A stretch of 64,000 bases of DNA from Eubacteriales bacterium (GCA_045632345.1 JAZQWM010000008.1:58236-122235), one strand, 5' to 3'; counted from the stretch's first letter, positions 8,184 through 17,939 are shown. Notes: generated from the sequence alone by a model not told the origin. Program-made: numbers and translations.

Positions 8184-8732
8184 ATGGAAATTAAATCAGT
8201 TCAGGACTTTGAAAAGAATATTAAAAAGGTTTTAATTAACGAAAACCAAATTGCTGAGGAAATTAAAAAGGCAGGCAAATTTATTGATAACCTTTATGAT
8301 GGCAGACCGATTTTATTAGTAAGTATTTTAAAGGGCTCATTTGTATTTATGGCAGATTTAGCAAGAGCCGTTAGTGTGCCTTGTGAAATCGGCTTTATGT
8401 GTGCAAAAAGCTATTATAACGGCACACAGTCAAGCGGAATTGTAAATATTACAATGGATTTAGACCAAGACGTAAAGGACTACCATTTAGTTATTGTTGA
8501 GGATATAATCGACACAGGTCGTACCTTAAACGACGTTGTTAAGCTTTTAAAGGCAAGAAATCCAATTTCTTTAACTGTTGTAACGTTACTAGATAAGCCT
8601 GATCGCCGTGTGGTAGATTTTAAGGCTGATTATGCTCTGTTTACTATTCCGGACGAGTTTGTTATCGGCTATGGCCTGGACTGTGGCGAATATTACAGAA
8701 ATTTACCTTATATTGCAGTATTTAATACATAA
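8184..8732 (+). CDS. hpt: hypoxanthine phosphoribosyltransferase
   Basis: PRPP-binding motif LVIVEDIIDTGRTL. Size and overall sequence are typical of Hpt. Start at ATG 8184. Confidence 0.9.
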   Translation: MEIKSVQDFEKNIKKVLINENQIAEEIKKAGKFIDNLYDGRPILLVSILKGSFVFMADLARAVSVPCEIGFMCAKSYYNGTQSSGIVNITMDLDQDVKDYHLVIVEDIIDTGRTLNDVVKLLKARNPISLTVVTLLDKPDRRVVDFKADYALFTIPDEFVIGYGLDCGEYYRNLPYIAVFNT

Positions 8733-8759
8733 AAAAAGTCCTCATTTGAGGACTTTTTA
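8733..8759. terminator. Rho-independent terminator (A-tract/T-tract flanked)
   Basis: AAAAAAAGTCCTCA-TT-TGAGGACTTTTT immediately after the hpt stop. Confidence 0.85.
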
Positions 8760-8864
8760 GTAGCTATTAGTTTGTCAGAGACAAAAAATTTTATAAACAC
8801 TTGTAAAAATTATAAAATTAAGATATACTAAAATAAATCAATAATATTTAAAGGAGTAATTATT

Positions 8865-9023
8865 ATGAAAAAATATGTATGCGACGTATGCGGTTGGGAA
8901 TATGATGAGGAGCTTGGCGCCCCTGAATATGGTATTGCCCCAGGCACAAAATTTGAGGACCTTCCTGACGATTTTGAATGTCCTCTTTGTGGTGTAGGTA
9001 AGGATAACTTTTCTGAACAGTAA
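8865..9023 (+). CDS. rubredoxin (52 aa; below the ORF-track length cut-off)
   Basis: Own translation: [52 protein letters not shown]. It has the two CxxCG knuckles, and AAGGAG lies 8 nt upstream. Confidence 0.9.
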   Translation: MKKYVCDVCGWEYDEELGAPEYGIAPGTKFEDLPDDFECPLCGVGKDNFSEQ

Positions 9024-9091
9024 TTAGTGGTCAGTGATCAGCAGTTAGTTAAATGACTAACCCTTTTAAGCCTTAGTTGGTATTTTAAAAA

Positions 9092-9120
9092 ACCTCTTGA
9101 TAAAATCAAGAGGTTTTATT
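9092..9120 (+). terminator. Rho-independent terminator after rubredoxin
   Basis: Stem ACCTCTTGAT/ATCAAGAGGT followed by TTTTATTT. Confidence 0.8.
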
Positions 9121-9213
9121 TGTTATAATGTGTTGTCAAATCTTGCTGACAGCTGTTCACTAAATCAAAAAATATTATTAAGTATTATAAAAGAAAAATT
9201 GATTTAGATTTCG

Positions 9214-9262
9214 GTTTCTTTTTGCTTAGCTTTTTTCTTTTTCTAAAGAAAAAAGTAAGTTA
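9214..9262 (-). repeat. ~50-nt A/T palindromic module abutting a stop codon (copy 1)
   Basis: Minus strand reads TAACTTACTTTTTTCTTTAGAAAAAGAAAAAAGCTAAGCAAAAAGAAAC. Near-identical module at 18938-18986; inverted relative at 22867-22905. Confidence 0.75.
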
Positions 9263-9976
9263 GTGTGAAGCGTGGATTGTGATTGACTTAATTACAGGTT
9301 GCTTATCCTTTTCAACTGCACCGTTTGCGCCTTCCTTAACGTCCTCACAAATCTTGTCAACGATTTCCATGCCGCTAGTTACCATACCGAACGCTGCATA
9401 GTTGCCGTCAAGAGATTTTGAGTTGTTTTCGGACGTTTGATGAACAATAAAGAATTGGCTTGATGCGCTATTCTTGTTTCCGCCCTCACGAGCCATTGAA
9501 ATTGTACCGCGAACGTGCTTAATATCGTTATTTACGCCGTTAGCGCTAAATTCGCCCTTGATGTTTTGTTCCTTGCCGTCAACCTCATATCCGCCTGTGC
9601 CATCGCCCTTAGGGTCTCCGCCTTGGATCATAAAGTTATCCATAATTCTGTGGAACGTAAGACCGTTGTAGAAGCCTTGATTTGCTAATTTAACGAAGTT
9701 TTCTACTGTTTCAGGAGCTTCGTCGCCGTAAAGCTCTACGTGAATTGTGCCGTAGCCCTCAACCTCAATAGATGCGTGATGTGTAACCTTGAAGCTGTTG
9801 CAGGATCTAGAGATTAAAATAATTCCAAAAATTAAGCAAGTAAGAGCAAGCACTAATGCGATAGTTGTAATAATGGTTTTCTTTGTCTTATATGCCTTCT
9901 TAGCCTTTAATGCCTCTTCTCTGGCTTTAGTCTTTTTTTCAGTAACGTAGTTACTGTTTTTCTTTTTCTTTGCCAT
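9260..9976 (-). CDS. membrane-anchored cyclophilin-type peptidyl-prolyl isomerase
   Basis: K-rich N-terminus plus a TM helix, then a cyclophilin core (FHRIMDNFMIQGGDP, QFFIV). Confidence 0.9.
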   Translation of the reverse strand: MAKKKKNSNYVTEKKTKAREEALKAKKAYKTKKTIITTIALVLALTCLIFGIILISRSCNSFKVTHHASIEVEGYGTIHVELYGDEAPETVENFVKLANQGFYNGLTFHRIMDNFMIQGGDPKGDGTGGYEVDGKEQNIKGEFSANGVNNDIKHVRGTISMAREGGNKNSASSQFFIVHQTSENNSKSLDGNYAAFGMVTSGMEIVDKICEDVKEGANGAVEKDKQPVIKSITIHASH

Positions 9977-10060
9977 AAAAATTTCCTTTCATAAGTGTAT
10001 TGCCTCATTATTTTACCACAAAATTGTGAAATAATCAACACATATATTATATAAATGATA

Positions 10061-10088
10061 AAAAAGCTGACCAAGTGGTCAGCTTTTT
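10061..10088 (-). terminator. Rho-independent terminator
   Basis: AAAAAGCTGACC-AAGT-GGTCAGCTTTTT directly downstream of the LRR gene stop. Confidence 0.8.
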
Positions 10089-10089
10089 C

Positions 10090-11682
10090 TTATGCTTCGG
10101 TAGAATTTAAGTCGTTAAATGAAACGCTGTCAGCAATTTCATAAACGTCGCTTACAATTACGTTTCCTTCATTGTAGCCGTAAATGTAGCTTATTACGTT
10201 TGCACCGTCAGCATTCTTTGTAATGGTGTAAAGGTTCATTGAAATCTTAGCTACTGCGCTACTTGGATTTGTAAAGTCGCCCTTTAAAATAAAGTCAAAT
10301 GCAACGTATTTTTCATTTGATAAGTCAACGCCGATTGTGTTTTCAGCGAATACGCCGTTTTCGTTAATTGGAGTATTATTATTCGCAGAAGCCACAAATC
10401 CGTACTTTAATGGAGCGGAAGCGTTTACCTCATTATACTTATCGATTGAAGGGATTGAAATCATGTAGCCTGCGCACATGTTTTCGCCGTTTGAGGAGTA
10501 TCCAAGGAACTTAAAGATAGGGTCGAATGTTTCGTCCTTTTTAGTTTCGTTACATCTTGAACAAACACCCTCTGTGTAGCATTCTTCAACGAATGACGTA
10601 AATACGTACTTCAATTCTGTATTGTGAATATTGTTGTAATAATACTCACAGTGGTTAGCATATTCAATCTTTGATACGTAGCCACTTGCCTTCGCTGCTA
10701 CGCTTGCAACAAAAGCAGAGCTTTCATTTCCTGTAAATATAATTTTTTTAATACCTGTGTTTTGTAATGAGTATAATGAGTTAATTGAAGCGCAGCCCTT
10801 TGGTATTACTATTGTAATGTTTGAGTTTGTTGTTCCCTTAATTGAGTCGTGAGGAAGCTCAGTAAGATTTTCCGGAAAACGAACAAACGTTAAATTTGTG
10901 CAGTTTTGGAAAACACCATTGCCCATAGTTGTTACTGAGTTTGGAATGTCAATGTTTGTGAATTTAGCTCCGTTAAATGCATATGCACCGATAGACGTTA
11001 AAGCATCAGGAAAATTAAATTCATTTTCAATAGGGCAACCAGACAAAAAATTACCATCAATTGAAGTTACATTTTCAGCGTAGTTTATTACTGTCTTTAA
11101 GCTTGAACAACCGTTAAATGCATAGCCCTTCATTTCCTTTACTGATGCGGGGATCGTAATAGATGTAAGCTTTGAATTATCCTTGCAAAAGTCGTTAGAA
11201 ATGTTAGTTAATTTATTTGATAAAATAAGTGTTTCAAGGTTTTTACACTCTTGAAATACTTTTGCTGCAACGCTTGTTACAGTATCGGACATTTTTACAT
11301 AAACAAGTTTTGATTTATAGTTAAGGGTAGTGTCTATATAAGTAATGCCGTTTGGTATTTCAATTCTTACAACATAGTCCTTTAATGAAGCGGTACTTTC
11401 ACTGTAACCAAGAGCAACATTTAACGCTTTGTTTTGAACGATAGAAAATGATGTTTGGTCCTTTACAATGTAGTATGCAGGATATGTATAATAATTTCCG
11501 TCAGCGCCTAAAAGTACAACTCTTTCAGTTGTGCCTATTGTTGTAGGAACGGTAACGCCGTCTATTGTGTCAGGCGTTTCAGCAAATTCATTGCTTGTTG
11601 AGCCTGCTGCGCCTACGCTAATTGCAAATATGCATACAAGCATAATCGCCATTAACACAGTTAAAAGTAATGATTTTTTCAT
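10090..11682 (-). CDS. secreted BspA-type leucine-rich-repeat protein
   Basis: Signal peptide, then repeated '..IP.SVT.I...AF..C..L' LRR_5-like units. Confidence 0.75.
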   Translation of the reverse strand: MKKSLLLTVLMAIMLVCIFAISVGAAGSTSNEFAETPDTIDGVTVPTTIGTTERVVLLGADGNYYTYPAYYIVKDQTSFSIVQNKALNVALGYSESTASLKDYVVRIEIPNGITYIDTTLNYKSKLVYVKMSDTVTSVAAKVFQECKNLETLILSNKLTNISNDFCKDNSKLTSITIPASVKEMKGYAFNGCSSLKTVINYAENVTSIDGNFLSGCPIENEFNFPDALTSIGAYAFNGAKFTNIDIPNSVTTMGNGVFQNCTNLTFVRFPENLTELPHDSIKGTTNSNITIVIPKGCASINSLYSLQNTGIKKIIFTGNESSAFVASVAAKASGYVSKIEYANHCEYYYNNIHNTELKYVFTSFVEECYTEGVCSRCNETKKDETFDPIFKFLGYSSNGENMCAGYMISIPSIDKYNEVNASAPLKYGFVASANNNTPINENGVFAENTIGVDLSNEKYVAFDFILKGDFTNPSSAVAKISMNLYTITKNADGANVISYIYGYNEGNVIVSDVYEIADSVSFNDLNSTEA

Positions 11683-11698
11683 TATTTTTCTCCTTAAA

Positions 11699-12910
11699 TT
11701 ATTTAGTTATAAGATTGCATTTATCTGTATAAAGTGTATCGCCAACGTTAAACGGTGCAACAAGAAGCTGTGGGTGGTTTGGTTGAAGGTCCATTTTACC
11801 GTAATAGTAATCGTGGGTGTGTCCCTTCTTGTATTCAAAGCTAACGTTTTCAAGCGTTACGTTTTCGGCATCAACGATAAGTGATGGGTTTTCCTCAATG
11901 AACTTACTGTCTTTGATTGTTACGTTTTTAATATTACCTGTGGTGTTATCGGAGCAGATTACAAAGCCCTCGCCCTTTCCCCACCATCCGCCGGCGTGGA
12001 TGCGTGTTTCACATTCAATATTGTAAATTTCAACGTTTTCAACAAGTCCATCATCGCCAGAGAAAATTGAAATACCTCTGTTTGAAGGTAAAATCTTAAT
12101 ATCGTGTACCTTAACGTTTCTTACAACTGAGTAAAGGTGTCCAAAACGGATTGCCGCAGAGCGTGAGGACATTAAGCAGTCATAAACCTCCATATTTTCG
12201 CAAACGCCCTCTGTATTTGTGATACAGGTTGCCGCAAAGCAGTCATCTCCACAAAGGAACGTGCAGTTTCTTACAATGATATTCTTTGATGCTGAGAAGT
12301 GTACGCCATCGTTGTTTGCAATTCTATTGTGGTTATCAACGTACATATTCTCAAACACGATGTTTTCACAGTTAGAAAATGTTACTGTCCAGCATGGAGA
12401 GTTGAAAATCTTAAGGTCGTGAATATGTAAATTCTTACAGTTATTAAAGAAAATTGGTTGTGATGGTCTTGTAATCTTTGTTTCAGGTCCAACAACAGTT
12501 TGCTCCTCAAACTCCTTAACCATTTCCTCACGGTTAATTTCGCCTGGGCACCATGCATCAAAGTTTACAAAGGCGTCTCCGTTCATTTGGATTTTACCGC
12601 CGCCGTAAATTTCAATGTTATCGCTATCAAGGGCGTAAATAAGTGAAATTGTCTTTACCATTTCGTTATGGTAAAATTCGTTAGCATAGTAGTGGTCTAA
12701 ATTGCGGGAGCCAACAATTTCTGTGCCCTTTTCAATGTAAACCTTCATATCTCCTTTAAGTCTAAGCGTGCCACAAAGGAAAAAGCCCTTGCCATCAAGC
12801 ACAAGTGTGTCCCCCGCCTCACAAGCGTCAATAGCCGCTTGAATAGCCGCAGTATCAAGAGTGCAGCCATCTCCCTTAGCACCAAAATCTCTTACATTAA
12901 CAAATTTCAT
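11699..12910 (-). CDS. GH28-like right-handed beta-helix glycoside hydrolase (pectate-lyase superfamily)
   Basis: N-terminal VRDFGAKGDGCTLDTAAIQAAIDAC; NNDGVHF and GDDCFA acidic motifs. Confidence 0.7.
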   Translation of the reverse strand: MKFVNVRDFGAKGDGCTLDTAAIQAAIDACEAGDTLVLDGKGFFLCGTLRLKGDMKVYIEKGTEIVGSRNLDHYYANEFYHNEMVKTISLIYALDSDNIEIYGGGKIQMNGDAFVNFDAWCPGEINREEMVKEFEEQTVVGPETKITRPSQPIFFNNCKNLHIHDLKIFNSPCWTVTFSNCENIVFENMYVDNHNRIANNDGVHFSASKNIIVRNCTFLCGDDCFAATCITNTEGVCENMEVYDCLMSSRSAAIRFGHLYSVVRNVKVHDIKILPSNRGISIFSGDDGLVENVEIYNIECETRIHAGGWWGKGEGFVICSDNTTGNIKNVTIKDSKFIEENPSLIVDAENVTLENVSFEYKKGHTHDYYYGKMDLQPNHPQLLVAPFNVGDTLYTDKCNLITK

Positions 12911-12919
12911 AAAGTTACC

Positions 12920-13537
12920 TCATTTATCGTTTTTTAAATTTTCAGTTTTGTATGCATTGTAGCCCTCATAGTGATAGCTATTATCAATGCCCTTCATATA
13001 AATCAGACCGTTTTCAGTGTCCTCAGTTAGAGCGTTTTTTAGAATGTGCTTAATTTCAATGTCGCGAATTGGACTTCTTTCCATAGCTAAAAGGTAGTCC
13101 TCTTTGTCAACCTTTGACCAATCTACAACCACGCCAAGCTCTTTTTTGAAAATTAAATCAAGCCAAATTCGTGTGCTTCTGCCGTTGCCTTCTCTAAATG
13201 GATGGGCAATGTTCATTTCCACATACTTCTCTACGATTTGTTCAAAGGTGGATTGTGGCATCTTGTCAATATTGTCAAGTGCGCCTTGCAGATACATTAA
13301 AGGAGCAAATCTAAAGTTGCCTTTCGCTATATTTACTGTGCGGATTTTTCCTGCAAAATCATATATTTCGCCAAATAAAAATTCGTGTATTTTAGCAAGG
13401 GAGTCAAATTTGCCTGCGTCAAGTGTGTCTAAAAAGCCACTCTCAAAAAGCTCAATGGCTTTAATTTTAGTTAGCTTTTCCTCGTAATTTGCAAGCTCTG
13501 CTGAGCTTGTAATTCCAAGCTTGTTTTCAAGTGCCAT
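12920..13537 (-). CDS. fic: Fic-family AMPylase with C-terminal inhibitory motif (class III-like)
   Basis: Fic motif HPFREGNGRSTR. The C-terminal SYHYEG fits (S/T)xxxE(G/N). Confidence 0.85.
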   Translation of the reverse strand: MALENKLGITSSAELANYEEKLTKIKAIELFESGFLDTLDAGKFDSLAKIHEFLFGEIYDFAGKIRTVNIAKGNFRFAPLMYLQGALDNIDKMPQSTFEQIVEKYVEMNIAHPFREGNGRSTRIWLDLIFKKELGVVVDWSKVDKEDYLLAMERSPIRDIEIKHILKNALTEDTENGLIYMKGIDNSYHYEGYNAYKTENLKNDK

Positions 13538-13671
13538 TTGATTTTCCCCCTTTTTTAAGCATATATTTATTATATTATAACATTAAATATTATCTTTTGC
13601 AATCAAATATTGCAAAAAACAGTGTATTATGATATACTTTAAGTATAAATTATCAATGGAGAAAAAGCAAA

Positions 13672-14184
13672 ATGGGAAAAACATCAACCAAGGATAACAA
13701 GACTACGTATCAAATTGCACGAGAAAAGTTAGGACTTAGCCGAGAAAAAGCAAGTGAGCTAACGGGTATTGAGCAATCAAGAATAGAAAGAATTGAAAAC
13801 GAAAAGATAAATAAAATTGATGCATACGATGTTGTGGCAATGGCAGAAGCGTATAAGGAGCCTATGATTTGCAATCATTATTGCACAAATGATTGCCCTA
13901 TCGGTATGAAATATGTGCCTGAGGTAAAAATTGAGGGCATTAAGGAAATTACAGTTGAAATGCTGGCTTCTCTTGCCTCTTTAGATGAGCAAAAGGTAAG
14001 ATTTTTGCAAATTGCAAGAGACGGTCAGGTTGACGATACCGAGCTTGAGGACTTTGTGAAAATCCAAAAGGAGCTTGAGCAAATCTCAATGGCAGTTGAA
14101 GCTCTCCAAATTTGGTCCGAAAGAATGATCGCCGAAGGCAAAATTGATGAGAAAAAGTATAGAAAGCTAATGCAGACAAAATAA
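13672..14184 (+). CDS. XRE-family HTH regulator with Cys-rich segment
   Basis: HTH LGLSREKASELTGIEQSRIERIE; CNHYCTNDCPIG cysteine cluster. Divergent from fic. Confidence 0.7.
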   Translation: MGKTSTKDNKTTYQIAREKLGLSREKASELTGIEQSRIERIENEKINKIDAYDVVAMAEAYKEPMICNHYCTNDCPIGMKYVPEVKIEGIKEITVEMLASLASLDEQKVRFLQIARDGQVDDTELEDFVKIQKELEQISMAVEALQIWSERMIAEGKIDEKKYRKLMQTK

Positions 14185-14190
14185 AAAATC

Positions 14191-14221
14191 GCGGTATTTA
14201 CAAAATACCGCCTTTTATTTT
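14191..14221 (+). terminator. Rho-independent terminator
   Basis: GCGGTATTT-ACA-AAATACCGC followed by CTTTTATTTT. Confidence 0.8.
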
Positions 14222-14256
14222 GCACTTTTGCTAAAATAGACCGCTTTATTTTGTAT
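14213..14256. repeat. GCAAAATA/TATTTTGC hairpin repeat locus 1
   Basis: TTTTGCTAAAATAGACCGCTTTATTTTG. Related loci at 16441-16502 and 38135-38197. The downstream ~110 nt (to the RBS) are ~80% identical to 16455-16572. Confidence 0.6.
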
Positions 14257-14322
14257 TTGGTGTTATTTACTTTTGAAAAATAAAATGCTATAATTTATAC
14301 ATAAGGAAAAAGGAGTAATTTA

Positions 14323-15228
14323 ATGGATAAAAAGGTTAAAAATTTAATTTATCTTGATACGAACAGGTATATATCCTTATCAAGCTTAAAGACATTTTAT
14401 TGGGCAAGCATTATATTGCCAATTATGATGATTGTAATGGGAGTTGTATCCATAAAGCTTAACGGAGTAAATTGGAAATCAATATTCCCTCTTGCTTCTG
14501 TTTTTATTTGGAGCTTGCTTTATTGGATATTTATTTTCATAATCCAAAGCAAAAAAACTAAAAAGACATTTGAGCTAAGATTTCTTGTTAACGGTATTTC
14601 GGGCTTGTTTTTATTTTCACTGTTTTTATTGCTATATACATCAATAAATTTAGTTGCTGATAAAACAATTGTTGGATTTGATTTTTCATTATGGATATTG
14701 TTATTTTATGTGATTTTCTCAGCAATTTATATTGCGTTAGTTGTTTACGGTGTGCATAAGGATGTATATAAAAATATAAGAGAAAAGAGCAAAACACCAA
14801 AAGCGGTAGCTATTGCCATATTGTTTTCTATGCTAATTCCTTATATGAGCGCGTTAGGCGTATATGCTTCAAAAATATTAAGAGATAACGCAAGTGTTGA
14901 AGTGCAATATATAGTAATAGCTGTTTGCTTTCTGTTTTTGATTTTTATACCAATATTGGCTCACATAAATTTTGTTCAATATTATTATTGCAAAAAATAC
15001 AAGATTTTTTGTGATGAAAATGGCGATACAACATCACCTTATCTTGAACCTCAACCGAGAAAAAATAAAAAGCTTGACAAAAAAGCTGATAAAAAATTAA
15101 CAAAACCAAAGAAAAAAATTCCTTTAGTTGCAAAAATTTTAATTGGAATAATTTCTTTGCCTGCCATAGTGTTTGTTGCAATTTTTCTTGTTTTGTTTGT
15201 CAAAGAAATCATTTTAGCAATATTTTAA
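14323..15228 (+). CDS. polytopic membrane protein, unknown function
   Basis: Multiple hydrophobic helices, a K-rich linker and a C-terminal TM helix. Good RBS. Confidence 0.65.
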   Translation: MDKKVKNLIYLDTNRYISLSSLKTFYWASIILPIMMIVMGVVSIKLNGVNWKSIFPLASVFIWSLLYWIFIFIIQSKKTKKTFELRFLVNGISGLFLFSLFLLLYTSINLVADKTIVGFDFSLWILLFYVIFSAIYIALVVYGVHKDVYKNIREKSKTPKAVAIAILFSMLIPYMSALGVYASKILRDNASVEVQYIVIAVCFLFLIFIPILAHINFVQYYYCKKYKIFCDENGDTTSPYLEPQPRKNKKLDKKADKKLTKPKKKIPLVAKILIGIISLPAIVFVAIFLVLFVKEIILAIF

Positions 15229-15231
15229 ATC

Positions 15232-15264
15232 AAAAGCCATACTGACAAAATCAGTATGGCTTTA
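15232..15264. terminator. bidirectional terminator between convergent genes
   Basis: GCCATACTGA-CAAAA-TCAGTATGGC flanked by A and T runs. A similar hairpin occurs at 18887-18911. Confidence 0.8.
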
Positions 15265-15269
15265 AATTA

Positions 15270-16208
15270 TTAGTCATAATATTGATTAATTGTAATATGG
15301 AAAATTGGATTTTCAGGAAGTGTACTTCCGTTAAGCTTTTCCTTTGATATTCGTACAAAAAATAAATTGTTTTCTTCTGTGTCGCTTAAAGATGCTCCAA
15401 ACATATCATATGTTAAATGTATAACTGAGCCATCAATATAAAAATCCTTGAAAACCTTAGTGGATGCTTTTTCTTTAATGTCATATCTAAAAACTATTGT
15501 TATGGAGTTATCATTTATCATATAGCTTAGCGAACTACAGCCGAGTTGGCATAGAAAATCTTTAAATTTACTTTCATTGCTAAATAAAAAAGCTTCTTTT
15601 TCCTCAAAGCTTTCAAGATCATTATCGAAATCAAGTAAGCTTTGCGACTCGGAATAATAATTATTTGTTGGATCTAAGTTTAACTCTACGGCAAAAGTGC
15701 CAGATAAATTAGCGCCTTCAAAAACATAGCTTTTTGGAATAATCAAATAAAAGTATGATAAACGCAGTTCGCCAACAAACGCATAACTAACACCGGGTTC
15801 TTCACGCACAATTTTGTTTTCAGATAAAAAGCTCTCTGATTTAACTCCGTTAAAAGCAGAACCGTATTCTCGTATTATTAAAATACAGTTATCGTTAAAT
15901 AATTCCGCATTAACACCGTCGGTTTTATCCACACATGTCGCATATTCCTCATATGTTTTTATGATTTTATATGAGCCTTTTGTTTCTTCTATATCATCAA
16001 GCAAATATGTAGGAGCAGGCGTAACCTTATCAAAATATCTATCGTAAATTTTATTTACAACAACCGTATTTTCAGTAATTTCCTTTTGTGTGTCGCTATC
16101 GGTTGATTGACTATCCGTGTTTGTGTCGGTATCCGTACCGTCAACACTGCAAGCAATGAGAGAAAACGCTAAAATTAGCATAAATAGCGCTAATAAAATT
16201 TTTTTCAT
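15270..16208 (-). CDS. lipoprotein, unknown function, with D/T/S-rich linker
   Basis: Signal peptide with lipobox LIAC, then DGTDTDTNTDSQSTDSDT. Confidence 0.7.
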   Translation of the reverse strand: MKKILLALFMLILAFSLIACSVDGTDTDTNTDSQSTDSDTQKEITENTVVVNKIYDRYFDKVTPAPTYLLDDIEETKGSYKIIKTYEEYATCVDKTDGVNAELFNDNCILIIREYGSAFNGVKSESFLSENKIVREEPGVSYAFVGELRLSYFYLIIPKSYVFEGANLSGTFAVELNLDPTNNYYSESQSLLDFDNDLESFEEKEAFLFSNESKFKDFLCQLGCSSLSYMINDNSITIVFRYDIKEKASTKVFKDFYIDGSVIHLTYDMFGASLSDTEENNLFFVRISKEKLNGSTLPENPIFHITINQYYD

Positions 16209-16440
16209 AATATCACCTCTTTAAATAAAATCATTAAAAATTATGAAAAATAAAATATCCCACTTTAATCAACTCCCGTTTAAAAATAGCAAAAATAGCA
16301 TATGAGCAGTAAAACGGCTGTTCATATGCTATATTATGTAACCAAATAAAAATGCTGTCTTGCACAAACAGTGTCTTACAAATCTATTCTTCTAATTTAA
16401 TTATATAAGATTTTATTGCTTTTGTCAACATAAAATTATT

Positions 16441-16502
16441 TTTTGCAAAATAGACGCTCTTATTTTACACTTTTTGCTAAAATAACCACCTTTATTTTGC
16501 GC
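16441..16502. repeat. GCAAAATA/TATTTTGC hairpin repeat locus 2
   Basis: TTTTGCAAAATAGACGCTCTTATTTTACAC and TTTTGCTAAAATAACCACCTTTATTTTGC. Confidence 0.6.
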
Positions 16503-16691
16503 TTGGTGCTATTTATTTTTATAAAATAGGATGTTATAATAAATATACAAAGAAATAAGAGGTGCTGATATGACCGCCCGGGAGCGTATTTTAATAATTT
16601 TACTGATAAAAAATAGCAAAATATCAACAGCATTCAGAGAAAATTAGCATTTATATAAAAAATAAAATTTTTAAAAAATCACAAAAAGGGA

Positions 16692-16722
16692 TTGACTGTT
16701 TCCGGACACAATGATTTATAAT
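16692..16722 (+). promoter_or_regulatory. MerR-type promoter: TTGACT, 19-bp spacer with dyad, TATAAT
   Basis: TTGACT (16692-16697) and TATAAT (16717-16722). The 19-nt spacer contains the imperfect dyad TGTTTCCGGACACA (12 of 14 positions symmetric). Confidence 0.55.
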
Positions 16723-16740
16723 AATTTCAGGAGATAAAAT

Positions 16741-17598
16741 ATGGAAAAAATTGATGAAAAAAATTACAGTGAACCTTGGATTGTTCAGAATATTGGTATA
16801 AGCAGAGAGGCATTGGCAATTTATAGGGGTGCTAAATATGAAAAATATAAATTTGTTGAACCGATAACAAAGAATGAAGGTTTTGTTGAAAGGCGGTATT
16901 ATAGTAAAAGAGATATACAAAAAATAATGAAAATAAAAATGCTTGTTGATATGGGATATTCATTAAAAGAAATTCAACAAATTGAAGATAAAAAAATAGA
17001 TTCAAGAGATGTAATTGTTGAGAAAATTGAAAAGTTGGAAAAAGAAAAAGAAAAAATTGGTTTGATGTTAGGTGTTACAGAAATGATAAAAGTAACAGGT
17101 AAGTATCCGTTATGTGCTATTACTGATGTGGATAAAATGAAATATGAAGATTTTTTAGAAAAAGTTGTAAAAGAATGGAACGCAAATAATGAGCCTACTA
17201 TACCTGTTATTAAGAAAATTACGAATACTAAATTTTCATTGACAGAAGAAGATAAAAAAATAATCTGTGATGATATGAATATTCAAAGCGAAGATGATAT
17301 AATAAAATGCTTATATTCATTAATACATATTTTAAAATTAAAAAAGGCTTTGAAAACAAATTTAGATAGAGAAGAAATTAAAGTTTATCTAAAGGTGGTA
17401 CTTTTAGATGAATATTTAATGGTACTGAAAGAATATCCAAATGTATCATATAAAAAATTCCTTGAAAATAAAATAGAAACTTTATTAAGTAGTGGTGATA
17501 TTGCGATTTATATTAGAAAACATTTAACTGAAAAAGAATTTAAAATTTTAATTAAAGAATTGATAAAACAATACAAAGAAATTGAGGATGAAAAATAA
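16741..17598 (+). CDS. MerR-like HTH protein with long K/E-rich helical C-terminal domain
   Basis: ..ISREALAIYRG...RRYYSKRDIQKIMKIKMLVDMGYSLKEIQQI resembles the MerR wing-HTH plus the start of the coiled coil. Confidence 0.55.
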   Translation: MEKIDEKNYSEPWIVQNIGISREALAIYRGAKYEKYKFVEPITKNEGFVERRYYSKRDIQKIMKIKMLVDMGYSLKEIQQIEDKKIDSRDVIVEKIEKLEKEKEKIGLMLGVTEMIKVTGKYPLCAITDVDKMKYEDFLEKVVKEWNANNEPTIPVIKKITNTKFSLTEEDKKIICDDMNIQSEDDIIKCLYSLIHILKLKKALKTNLDREEIKVYLKVVLLDEYLMVLKEYPNVSYKKFLENKIETLLSSGDIAIYIRKHLTEKEFKILIKELIKQYKEIEDEK

Positions 17599-17603
17599 AA
17601 TCA

Positions 17604-17939
17604 ATGAATAAATTTTTTAAAAAGCGGATAAAAAGTATGGATGATATTTATAAATCTGCTATGAGAATAATTGAAAGCCATGATGGCGAGGATTTTTCGG
17701 GGTTATTTTTAACAGCAAAAACAATAAGTCTTGTTGAAATGGATTTGTTTGATTTACATGCAATTCCATTAACAGAATTTATAAAAATAAAAATTGAACA
17801 CTTTTTAGGAGAGGGAAAAATAGCACAATATAATCAAAAGAAGTACGGCAAGGAAAATGCTATAAAATATGGACAAGTGCTTGAAAACTTATTGAAAAAT
17901 GAAGAAAATACAAGGAGGGAAAATGAAACAAAAAACTAG
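17604..17939 (+). CDS. hypothetical protein
   Basis: 111-aa ORF in an AT-rich islet. Weak RBS. Confidence 0.45.
   Translation: MNKFFKKRIKSMDDIYKSAMRIIESHDGEDFSGLFLTAKTISLVEMDLFDLHAIPLTEFIKIKIEHFLGEGKIAQYNQKKYGKENAIKYGQVLENLLKNEENTRRENETKN

Noticed and set aside
16651-16920. 89-aa minus-strand ORF overlapping the MerR-like gene start and promoter.
   Set aside because: It is antisense to a better-supported gene, has an Ile/Phe/Asn-rich AT-driven composition and lacks an RBS.
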